A DNA stretch of 64,000 nt from an uncultured Bacillales bacterium (lineage in GTDB: Bacteria; Bacillota_I; Bacilli_A; RF39; UBA660), in assembly GCA_948442255.1 (NCBI GenBank), contig CAOJRT010000004.1, positions 4,614-68,613 on the forward strand, read 5' to 3'. Position numbers and translations under genes: made by a program. The notes beneath the pieces are model-generated. The model searched no databases, had not been told where the DNA came from, and saw only the letters and a list, made by a program, of their open reading frames with translations. Position 1 is the first letter of the stretch. Every line of letters starts with the position of its first letter. Of the stretch, positions 56,072 through 64,000 are shown one piece after another.

Positions 56072-56854
56072 CTATATTTTTCTTGATTCAATTTCTGCAA
56101 TTTTCTCTAATACTTCAGCAGCATTTTCTTCATTCATCGAAGTGTATCCCAGTTCTTTTAAAGCTTGTATTTTTATTGTATTTAGTTGTTGTGTACGAGA
56201 CAATTTTTCCTCGTTTTTTTGTTTTATTTCTTGAACAAATTTTTTATGAGATTCAGTTAACTTGCTACGAGAAGCTCCCCCATTATTATAAAGTGTTAAA
56301 GCAGTATATAATATTCCTTCAAAAACAAATTGTTTATCCTCTTGAAATTTATATTCTTCTGGATTAGTGAATCCTGTTGTTTTACTCATATACCCAAAAA
56401 TATACTTGATTTCTGGAACATTATCTAAAGATTGCAACAAATGATACAAATACAAAATGGCATAATAATTTTCTTTATGTTCTTCTGAAGATAATTTTTC
56501 TTTTAAAAGATAAGTAATATCACTTAATAAAACTTGCGAATCCTTGTCTAAACCTTTAAAATCAAATTGTGTTTCCATATCAACAGAATTTTTCACACCT
56601 TGATTCAATCTTCCTTCTACGCTCATTAAATAATCCGTAGTAACCTTGATATTTCCAACTTCTTCTCCACTACTCTCTTCTATATCTAATAATTTAAGTA
56701 ACAAAAGTTTCTTTTCCTTAGGCCACTTGTTTAGATCTTCTAATTCTAAATAATTATAAACCATTTGTCTAGAAACTCCTAAATATTTAGCCAATCTTAC
56801 TTTTGATATACCTAATTCTTGAAACAAATCATTCAAACTACGCATTGTTACCAA
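56072..56854 (-). CDS. XRE-type helix-turn-helix domain protein
   Basis: N-terminal HTH 'LFQELGISKVRLAKYLGVSRQMVYNYLE'. The remaining approximately 210 aa are unassigned. The start could be the TTG at 56854 or the ATG at 56845. Confidence 0.7.
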   Translation of the reverse strand: MVTMRSLNDLFQELGISKVRLAKYLGVSRQMVYNYLELEDLNKWPKEKKLLLLKLLDIEESSGEEVGNIKVTTDYLMSVEGRLNQGVKNSVDMETQFDFKGLDKDSQVLLSDITYLLKEKLSSEEHKENYYAILYLYHLLQSLDNVPEIKYIFGYMSKTTGFTNPEEYKFQEDKQFVFEGILYTALTLYNNGGASRSKLTESHKKFVQEIKQKNEEKLSRTQQLNTIKIQALKELGYTSMNEENAAEVLEKIAEIESRKI

Positions 56855-56949
56855 TTCCCTTCAATATTTTACATATTTATTATAGTATTTTGAAAAGTTG
56901 ATGTCAAGTAAATAGCAAGAAAAAAGGATTTGACTTAATGAAAATCCCT

Positions 56950-57516
56950 TTACAATTTGCTAATAAAATAAGAAGTAAGAGGCGCATGTATGATGAATAA
57001 GATTAGAAGATAAATTCCTTTAAAGGAAGCAATAAGAAGATATTTTTTTAATAAGGTTTTAATATGATTACGATATACCTTGTTGCCTCTATTAAGTAAA
57101 AAGATAATAATATTTTTACTTATCGTAAAAGCAACTCGTATCTCAATCAAACCAAATAATAGAGGAATTAATTTGTAAACCAAAACATAAGGGAAGGCTA
57201 TCGTACTATTTATGCTTTTTAAGAAACCAAAGATAAATCCTATAGAAAAAGGTTCATAAAAAAGCTCATATACTGTAAAAAGATGAGTCACTATTAAAAA
57301 AGAATTCAAAAATATAAAAAACGAATTCTTAACATGATGTCCAATAAAAGGAGTATTTTCAATTGCTTTTTGCAAGTCGATGCTTTCTTTTAATTCTGTT
57401 TTATATTCTTCCTTTTGATAATCATAATATTTCATCCCACTAATAAAACCAACAAGAGTGAGAACGATAATAAATGTGTAAATATTAATATATTTAAAGC
57501 TTGTCCTTTTCTTCAT
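56950..57516 (-). CDS. SpoIIM-like integral membrane protein
   Basis: 188 aa. One N-terminal TM helix, a loop with 'IGHHVKNSFFIFL' (compare the B. subtilis SpoIIM 'FHNVKYLGLMW' region), then 3-4 TM helices. It is near xerD, as in B. subtilis. Confidence 0.4.
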   Translation of the reverse strand: MKKRTSFKYINIYTFIIVLTLVGFISGMKYYDYQKEEYKTELKESIDLQKAIENTPFIGHHVKNSFFIFLNSFLIVTHLFTVYELFYEPFSIGFIFGFLKSINSTIAFPYVLVYKLIPLLFGLIEIRVAFTISKNIIIFLLNRGNKVYRNHIKTLLKKYLLIASFKGIYLLILFIIHAPLTSYFISKL

Positions 57517-57590
57517 TCTATCACCTATTAAATAATATTTACTTAGATAGAAAAATATGATAAATTATATATAGTTTTAAGGTGGTGAAG

Positions 57591-57746
57591 ATGATGAGTA
57601 GCAACAAAAATGAAAGAAAAAGAAAAAAGAAAATGACTAGAACTGAGAAAAACAGATTATTCTTAAAAATAGCTGGTTGGATTATGGCCGTTATCATGAT
57701 AGTAGGTACATTATTATCTATTATTCTTCCCCTAGCAGCAAGATAA
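57591..57746 (+). CDS. DUF4044-like small membrane protein (51 aa)
   Basis: AAGGTGGTGA RBS. Product: MMSSNKNERKRKKKMTRTEKNRLFLKIAGWIMAVIMIVGTLLSIILPLAAR, a basic head plus one TM helix, as in DUF4044 peptides. Confidence 0.45.
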   Translation: MMSSNKNERKRKKKMTRTEKNRLFLKIAGWIMAVIMIVGTLLSIILPLAAR

Positions 57747-57754
57747 AAACATCT

Positions 57755-58225
57755 TTATTTTGAAGATGTTTTTAAATTTTTATTTTCTTTTAAAAGATCT
57801 CTAATTTCTTCCAAAAGCAGAATATCATCCGCTTTTTTTTGTGGTTCCACTTTTTCTTCTTTTTTGGTTTCTTTTTTACGAAACAAGTTATTAATCACTT
57901 TAATCATAAGAAAAATACAAAAAGCTGTTAAAAGAAAGTCAACTGTATTTTGAACAAACACGCCATACTTCAAATCAACAGTACGACCAAAAATTGAAAA
58001 AGTATAAGCAAGCTTAGTAAAGTCAAAACCTCCTATCACTACGCCTACTATAGGCATTAATACATTGTCGGTGAGACTGCTGACAATTTTGGAAAAAGCA
58101 TTTCCCATAATAACGCCAACAGCTAAATCCATGACATTTCCTCTTTCGATAAATTGTCTAAATTCTCCAAAAAAACTCGTTTTTTTCTTTAAAGAATGAT
58201 TCTTTTTTATTTCATTCTTTTTCAT
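57755..58225 (-). CDS. mscL: Large-conductance mechanosensitive channel
   Basis: '[40 protein letters not shown]' is the MscL TM1 signature. There is an N-terminal extension of about 18 aa. Confidence 0.9.
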   Translation of the reverse strand: [156 protein letters not shown]

Positions 58226-58236
58226 CTGCTCGCCTC

Positions 58237-58857
58237 CTATTTAATATAATCTTTATTATTTCTTTTAATTTCTGCAAAGCTCTCATCCAACCTAGTGAAA
58301 GCATCATAAAATTTATATCGTTGTTCTGTCTCCATTTGTTTATTATCTATCATTCCATTAAATTGATCTAAGATATCTTTTAGTTCTTGCATATATCTTT
58401 CTTGTATCATATAAAGTAAAACTGCATTTAAAACCTTATTATTAGTGTACAAAATTGTATAAGCCAGATAAACGTCCTCCATCGTTGCATAAGAAACCAT
58501 TTCAATCATTTCATAAGGAGAAATCTCTGCATGTTCTACTTGTATACGCATGCTATAAAAATCCTCTTCTGTGATTGTAAAAGGTTTGTTTCTTAATCCG
58601 AAGGACTGCATACAATATTTTACAAGTATATGCGCCAAATCATCTTGTTGTAATAACATCGCTTTTCTACGAGCTCCATTAGTACTTGATATATATAAAT
58701 ATTTATTAGCAAGAGGTGTTCTTCCTTGGAAAATAGTTTGGTCTTGGAAGAGAACATATTGAATTGCCTTGATAGTATTAGAAGTTCCTTGACTCTCTTT
58801 TGTAGCATAATAAATAGTATCAAAGTCTTTGATTTTGCATTCATATAAATCTATCAT
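58237..58857 (-). CDS. Hypothetical protein
   Basis: A 206-aa soluble ORF with coding-like composition, packed tightly between the U32 peptidase gene and mscL. No motif recognised. Confidence 0.55.
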   Translation of the reverse strand: MIDLYECKIKDFDTIYYATKESQGTSNTIKAIQYVLFQDQTIFQGRTPLANKYLYISSTNGARRKAMLLQQDDLAHILVKYCMQSFGLRNKPFTITEEDFYSMRIQVEHAEISPYEMIEMVSYATMEDVYLAYTILYTNNKVLNAVLLYMIQERYMQELKDILDQFNGMIDNKQMETEQRYKFYDAFTRLDESFAEIKRNNKDYIK

Positions 58858-58878
58858 TTTATCACTTTCCTAAAACTA

Positions 58879-61074
58879 TTATAGCATATTCTTTTTTAAC
58901 TCATTAATTATTTTCTGTGTCATAATTATATCCTCATCAAAAAGTTCAATACGTAAAACATCAAAACCAAAATAATGTTTAATATGTTCTAATTTATTTA
59001 TTTTTGTTGCACTCATAACATTTGTGAATCCATCTTCATAAAGAATTGGAAAACGTTTACCGCTTTGATCTTCTAAAAAAGCAGGTTCCTCGCCAATAGA
59101 TAAAGGATTATTTCTAATAAGCATTGCTTCCAATGTCCCATATACGATAATTTCACTATCTCTTTTATTTTTTATATTCTTAAGTTGTTCTTTAGATAAC
59201 TCCACGCTTAAAGTAACTCCACTACATCCTAAAGATTTTGTTTTGTCTAAGGTATAATCATTAGCAACATTTAAAAAATAATCGCCTCTAAGTATATTTT
59301 TTTTTCGATAAGCTAAAATGCTTCCCAATTCTGTACAAAGCAATCGTTCTTTGTTGTATTTTTTATAAGTATGATTTACTCTTGAAAGGCGCAAGTAGAC
59401 TTGAGAATATGTCTTATATTTAAAATACATCTCTTCATTAACTACATAAATATAATCTAAATTATTTTTTAAAGCTATTTTTAGTTGTTCTTCTGTACGC
59501 ACCAATATACTTATTTTAGGCATTGGTGAACTTTTCTTTTCTATAAAAGGAAGTGAAATAGAAAAATCATCTCGTGCTTTTTCTTTTCGTATTAAGTCAA
59601 GAGCAACAATTGCATCTCTTCGTAATGTATTAAGATCTTTTATATTAATAAAAATCTCGTCTTCTAACTCTATTTCTATAGCTTCTACATAATAATCTGT
59701 ATTTCCTAATTTAGAGAGCTGTTCCTCTATTTTTAAAGCGGAGATAGGGGCGTTTTTTGCAGCTTCTGCCACACTACCTTTAACTTCTACTTTTTTATCA
59801 AAGCAAACTATAGATAAAGTCATTTCTTTTGAATAAGAAGCTGAAAAGTGCATTGTAACAGGGAGCTTTTTCACAGGAATACAATTCAATTCTTGATTTA
59901 ATTGAAAATCAATCGTCTTATGAACTTTACTATGAATTAAATCATCATACATCCATCTTTCTTTGTTGTCGAGTGAAACAAGTTCTCCTTTTTGGGCGCT
60001 ATTGACAAGTAATCCTTTTTGATTATAAAGCATATTAACATACATTCCTTTTTGATTTTTCATAAAACGTATAGCATCTTCTTGATGAAGAGAATCAGTT
60101 AAACGAATCGTTATTTTTTTATTAGTAACGGCAACTACTTCGCCAATAGGAATTCCTTGATGATTTGAATATTCTTTATGCATTATAGAAGAAGCTGACA
60201 ATAAATAGCCTTCTGTAAATTGACGATTGTATGTTTTTAATAATTTTTTCTCATCTTCTTTATCATAACTTAGTTTTTCTCTTCGGTAGTATTGATTAAT
60301 TAATTTTCTAAAAACAGAAGTTACAGCTGCTACATACTCTTTACTTTTCATTCTACCTTCAATCTTAATGGAGTCAATATTGGCATCTAAGATTGATGAT
60401 AAATGTGGTAGTGTATTTAAAGTTTTTGTACTTAGCAAATAATTTGTTTCTACTTTTTTATTTCCTTTAATAAGTGTATATAAAAGTCGACAAGGTCCTG
60501 CACACATACCTCGATTCGCACTTCTTCCTCCTTGTAAAGCACTTAAAAGGCAGTTACCAGAATAAGAGACACACAAAGCTCCATAAACAAACACTTCTTT
60601 TTCAATAGCAACATTAACATTTGTAATTTCTTCCAAAGAAGACTCGCGATCAAAAACGACTCTTGTACAACCCAAGTCTTTAAAATATTGAATGCCAAAA
60701 GAATTATGATTATGCGTTTGTGTAGAAACATGTATTTCTAAAGCAGGAATATATTTTCTTGTTAAGTGAATCAAACCTAAATCTTGCATAATAACAGCAT
60801 CCACGTGATGAAGATATAAAAATTTCAAATATTTTATGACATCTTCCATTTCTTCGTTAAAAAGAATTGTGTTTACAGTAACATAAACTTTAACTCCGAA
60901 TCGATGACAAATTTCTATCGCTCCCACCAATTCTTCTTCTGAAAAATTAGGAGCAAAAGCACGCGCACCAAAACGTTTGCCACCTAAATAGATAGCATCT
61001 GCACCATTTGCAATTGCTACAGGCAAAATGTCTTTACTGCCAACAGGCACAAGTAATTCTATCTTTTTCATCAT
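58879..61074 (-). CDS. Peptidase U32-family protein (long form)
   Basis: 'IELLVPVGSKDILPVAIANGADAIYLGG' and the U32 signature 'EVFVYGALCVSYSGNCLLSALQGGRSANRGMCAGPCR'. 731 aa with an extended C-terminal region. Confidence 0.85.
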   Translation of the reverse strand: MMKKIELLVPVGSKDILPVAIANGADAIYLGGKRFGARAFAPNFSEEELVGAIEICHRFGVKVYVTVNTILFNEEMEDVIKYLKFLYLHHVDAVIMQDLGLIHLTRKYIPALEIHVSTQTHNHNSFGIQYFKDLGCTRVVFDRESSLEEITNVNVAIEKEVFVYGALCVSYSGNCLLSALQGGRSANRGMCAGPCRLLYTLIKGNKKVETNYLLSTKTLNTLPHLSSILDANIDSIKIEGRMKSKEYVAAVTSVFRKLINQYYRREKLSYDKEDEKKLLKTYNRQFTEGYLLSASSIMHKEYSNHQGIPIGEVVAVTNKKITIRLTDSLHQEDAIRFMKNQKGMYVNMLYNQKGLLVNSAQKGELVSLDNKERWMYDDLIHSKVHKTIDFQLNQELNCIPVKKLPVTMHFSASYSKEMTLSIVCFDKKVEVKGSVAEAAKNAPISALKIEEQLSKLGNTDYYVEAIEIELEDEIFINIKDLNTLRRDAIVALDLIRKEKARDDFSISLPFIEKKSSPMPKISILVRTEEQLKIALKNNLDYIYVVNEEMYFKYKTYSQVYLRLSRVNHTYKKYNKERLLCTELGSILAYRKKNILRGDYFLNVANDYTLDKTKSLGCSGVTLSVELSKEQLKNIKNKRDSEIIVYGTLEAMLIRNNPLSIGEEPAFLEDQSGKRFPILYEDGFTNVMSATKINKLEHIKHYFGFDVLRIELFDEDIIMTQKIINELKKNML

Positions 61075-61111
61075 CTAAACCTCCTAGTAAAAAAGATAGC
61101 AAAAGCTATCC

Positions 61112-61405
61112 TTAATGACTTTCTAACTCCTCTAACATTTGTTTTCCTAGTTCTGGATACGTTTCTGCAATTTGTGATGCTGAAACAATCAAAGTTAAAT
61201 TTCGCACAAGAGTTGTATCATCTACTTCTTCTACAAAAAATTCCCCATTTTCTTGGGTTTCTAAAAAGTATTTAAAGTTAGAATAGACAATTTCATCTTC
61301 TGTAGATTCTACGGCTAAAAAATATTTTTTTTCTTCATATTCTACTTCTTCAATTAATAAGTAATGTATACCATTATCTAATGTAATTACTTCTTCTACC
61401 TTCAT
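61112..61405 (-). CDS. Small acidic protein, possibly DUF1292 (YrzB-like)
   Basis: The pattern 'ITLDNGIHYLLIEEVEYEEKKYFLAVE' resembles DUF1292 ('..DE.G.E..fe.l..fe.dgk.Y.vl'). 97 aa. The start overlaps the upstream gene's stop. Confidence 0.4.
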   Translation of the reverse strand: MKVEEVITLDNGIHYLLIEEVEYEEKKYFLAVESTEDEIVYSNFKYFLETQENGEFFVEEVDDTTLVRNLTLIVSASQIAETYPELGKQMLEELESH

Positions 61406-63081
61406 TATATTGTTTTTCCTTTCCCTGCAGTCATCTGTGCAGACGAACCGAAATGAATAATATCATATTGTTCTAACAATAAATCTAATTTGTATTTTAA
61501 CTTTGCGATTCGCTCATCTAATCTTTTGCGAATCTCGTTATTGTGTTGATTTAATAAAGTTCCATCATTTTTCGCGTTCGTTAAGACAGCCACATTTTTA
61601 TTATAGGTAGGCTCATCCACTAAGCCTTCTGCTAGTTTTTCATTTTCTTGTGTTAATAAAGTGTTAAAAAACACCTCCAGATTGTTTTGTGCAGCAATAG
61701 GATCATCTAAATTTTCCTGAAGAAATTCACACTCTTTTATCTGTGTCTTTACTTCATTCATTCGCAACATACAACCACTTAAATTTCCTATATTAATAGT
61801 ACTTTCTCTCTTATTTTTCTCTGCTTGCTCTAAATCTGGTAATAGTGGAGGCATAGGCTCTTCTGTTTTTTTGGGATCTTCTGGTTCTTTTGTTTCACTT
61901 TCTTTTTGCAAGGATTCCTGAACAGTTTTTTCTTTTATTTTTTTCAGCCTTTTTTTTATGGCAACACAGGTAAACACTCCTACCCCTGCTAAAGAAATTA
62001 ACATTATAAGATTAAATGTACAAGCAGAAAGCATAGCACTACTTAGCAATAATTGTCCGCGAAAATAAGGTATTAATTTACTTGCATTTATAAAAGCTTT
62101 TGGAACAAATTTAATACAACTCACAAGTCCTTTTAAAATGGCATCTCCAAAAGGGGTAAATTTAAAGACTGAAAGAAAGACTCCAGCTATAGCAAAAGGC
62201 ACAATAGAATTCCAAGCTTGTTTCCATTCCTCTTCTTCCCCTTCTTTAACAAAATAATCTTTTATCTTTTTAAAGAATTCTTTTCCTGGTACACGATTAA
62301 TGACTTTATGTCGCTTCGTGGTAACGTTAGACTCCTCTTTCTTATTTTCTGTATCTTTTTTTGCAAGAGCCAACTCTTTTCTTTTTTGAAAAAAATGTTT
62401 TGCTTTTTTTCTATCCTTTTTTACAGAAGTAAGTTCAACAACTTTCTCATAATATGTACAAGGTTCTGTGCTTTTTCTAATTTTTGCTTCCCCATTAGTA
62501 AACACAAATAATTCATGAGGATAAGGAATTCTAGGAGTCTTTCCTTTATATTTACGACTTTTATAATATTTTTGTAAAGCTTCTTTATTATATTTTTCAT
62601 AAAATGATTTCAAATAAGCTTCTGTAGAGGCTATATCGGATGGATTAATACTTTCGACAATAATGGGTTTTTTAAACGTAAGAACCTCCCCATCTTTTAA
62701 AGTGAGTTCAAAAGTATCATTCTCTTTATATAATGTTTTACTTGCAATAGCAGAATCCATTTTTACCAAAGGATTGTGCTTTAAACAATCGCGGACTTGC
62801 GTAGCTTGTTCTAATATTTCTTTATTTGTTCCAGCAAAAGAAATTCCACCAATGGTTCTTTCACTCTTTTTTTCATAAGAGGAATCTTTAGCCAACTTGG
62901 CCTCTTCTTCATCTGTATTAATTTTTGCGTAGGATAGAATTCGAATGGCAGAGATAATCTCTTTTTCTTCTGTGCTTTCTACAGCAAGAGGATCCAATAA
63001 AGTCTGTTCGCTTAAAAGCCCTTTTAAATAAGCTATTGTTGCTTTATTAATTATTTTTCCCTCGTACATCATAATAATCAC
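61405..63081 (-). CDS. Hypothetical membrane protein with basic linker and C-terminal coiled-coil-like region
   Basis: 558 aa: a soluble N-terminal approximately 220 aa, a Lys-rich stretch, hydrophobic segments (IVPFAIAGVFLSVF; LLLSSAMLSACTFNLIMLISLAGVGVFTCVAI), then a Glu/Lys/Leu-rich C-terminus. No family recognised. Confidence 0.6.
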   Translation of the reverse strand: MIIMMYEGKIINKATIAYLKGLLSEQTLLDPLAVESTEEKEIISAIRILSYAKINTDEEEAKLAKDSSYEKKSERTIGGISFAGTNKEILEQATQVRDCLKHNPLVKMDSAIASKTLYKENDTFELTLKDGEVLTFKKPIIVESINPSDIASTEAYLKSFYEKYNKEALQKYYKSRKYKGKTPRIPYPHELFVFTNGEAKIRKSTEPCTYYEKVVELTSVKKDRKKAKHFFQKRKELALAKKDTENKKEESNVTTKRHKVINRVPGKEFFKKIKDYFVKEGEEEEWKQAWNSIVPFAIAGVFLSVFKFTPFGDAILKGLVSCIKFVPKAFINASKLIPYFRGQLLLSSAMLSACTFNLIMLISLAGVGVFTCVAIKKRLKKIKEKTVQESLQKESETKEPEDPKKTEEPMPPLLPDLEQAEKNKRESTINIGNLSGCMLRMNEVKTQIKECEFLQENLDDPIAAQNNLEVFFNTLLTQENEKLAEGLVDEPTYNKNVAVLTNAKNDGTLLNQHNNEIRKRLDERIAKLKYKLDLLLEQYDIIHFGSSAQMTAGKGKTI

Positions 63082-63179
63082 CCTTTTGTTGTCTATTATA
63101 TAACTTTTTCTATTTTTGTCTAATATAGCTCTATTATAAATCTATTATAATATAGAAATGGTAAGAAAAAAAGATAAAA

Positions 63180-63782
63180 TTAATTTTCCTTTACTATTGT
63201 TGAAATAACTTGTGTATCACAAAGCAAATCATGTAATGAACGTTCATCCTTTCTTATAATCATAGTAAGTAAAAGGATAAAATAAACAAAATAAGAGAAA
63301 TAACCTGTATAAAAAGAGGCTGTAATCCAAGTAGATTTAGACGCCCAAATCAAAAACAATAAACGAACTAGTTCAGGTATTAAATTAGTAACAATAATAC
63401 TTCTAAAAATAAACAAGAAAGGCTGTAAACTTTTTTGTTTTACTGAAACCACTTTGATTTTTAGAATTTTTTTCCCGAGTGTCTGTCCTTTGCACAAAAA
63501 AGCAAAGATTCCAAAATATACAAATAAAGTACCAATATTAAGAATCAATAGAGATGTAGAGGCTCTGTTTAAATCATATTGCACACCTATAAGTATTTCT
63601 TCGTCGTAAGCAAAAGTATCACTCGATATAACATCAACCATAATTGCTTTATATTCTTCATAATATCTCTCATAATTTTTAAAACTATTTTGAAAGGGAG
63701 GTGTCATGAATAAAAAACTAGCGAGCAAAGAAACAATAATATAATCTATTATATAAGCTAAAATACGTTTTAATTTCATCAA
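63180..63782 (-). CDS. RDD-family membrane protein
   Basis: 'RILAYIIDYIIVSLL', 'GQTLGKKILKIKVV' and the C-terminal 'RSLHDLLCDTQVI' are the R-D-D family landmarks. Confidence 0.75.
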   Translation of the reverse strand: MMKLKRILAYIIDYIIVSLLASFLFMTPPFQNSFKNYERYYEEYKAIMVDVISSDTFAYDEEILIGVQYDLNRASTSLLILNIGTLFVYFGIFAFLCKGQTLGKKILKIKVVSVKQKSLQPFLFIFRSIIVTNLIPELVRLLFLIWASKSTWITASFYTGYFSYFVYFILLLTMIIRKDERSLHDLLCDTQVISTIVKEN

Positions 63783-63810
63783 AATCCTTCTTCCTATGGA
63801 GAAAAACTAA

Positions 63811-64000
63811 TCAAGAGGTTTCTTTTAATCCAATTGCTTGAAATTCATACAATATTTTCACTTCTCTATCATAATTACTATTTTCTAAAAACTTATATTG
63901 ATTCTCATTAACAATAATCGCTCTAAATTCCTGATTATAAAAAGAGGAAACCAAATCATTCATATCTTCATAAGAAACATAAGTAACATTATCCAATTCT
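63811..64000 (-). CDS. 3' part of a gene whose start lies beyond the window end
   Basis: The frame stays open to nt 64000. Only about 62 C-terminal residues are visible, and there is no motif. Confidence 0.35.
   Translation of the reverse strand, partial: ELDNVTYVSYEDMNDLVSSFYNQEFRAIIVNENQYKFLENSNYDREVKILYEFQAIGLKETS

Noticed and set aside
55900-56100. 66-aa minus-strand ORF in the zupT/HTH spacer
   Set aside because: It overlaps the 3' end of the HTH gene, spans the GC-rich terminator hairpin, has no RBS, and is rich in Phe/Lys/Tyr as expected for random AT-rich sequence.

Overview
AT-rich (about 70% A+T by eye) low-GC Bacillota chromosome segment that uses the standard code. It is densely coded and mostly housekeeping. 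From queA onward, the gene order matches the Bacillus subtilis yrb/yrv region: queA, tgt, yrzE-like, DUF421 (yrbG-like), spoVB-like, comN-like, relA, dtd, T-box, hisS, an aaRS, a small RNA, tcdA/yrvM, rarA/yrvN. Other conserved blocks are greA-tig-lon, spoVID-like/ysxE-like, ylbJ-like/ylbL-like, mutS, nusB/def, a SEDS protein, comEA-comEC-holA, rnhC/cvpA/trx, uvrC, gatCAB, xerD/spoIIM-like, mscL and U32 peptidases. I saw no rRNA, tRNA, CRISPR array, transposase or prophage. The collinearity makes insertions easy to spot. The best candidate for an undescribed system is a three-gene insertion at 46584-50189, between gatB and the 6S-like RNA/tcdA. It consists of two translationally coupled paralogous proteins with no motif I recognise, followed by a HerA/DUF87-type ATPase. 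Other points worth a second look:
- a probable 6S RNA at the syntenic position;
- a T-box whose variable base and candidate specifier point to tRNA-Asn rather than tRNA-His, although hisS is the first gene;
- two adjacent genes broken by several homopolymer frameshifts (25280-27932);
- an antisense gene with an internal duplication, plus a small ORF coupled to tgt, splitting queA from tgt;
- a repeat-module protein where mutL is usually found;
- paralogous membrane-anchored proteins;
- several small ORFs below the ORF-track cutoff (YjcZ-like, a 46-aa SNA(K/R)-repeat protein, a DUF4044-like peptide).
All family assignments come from motif recognition by eye. No database search or RNA folding program was run.
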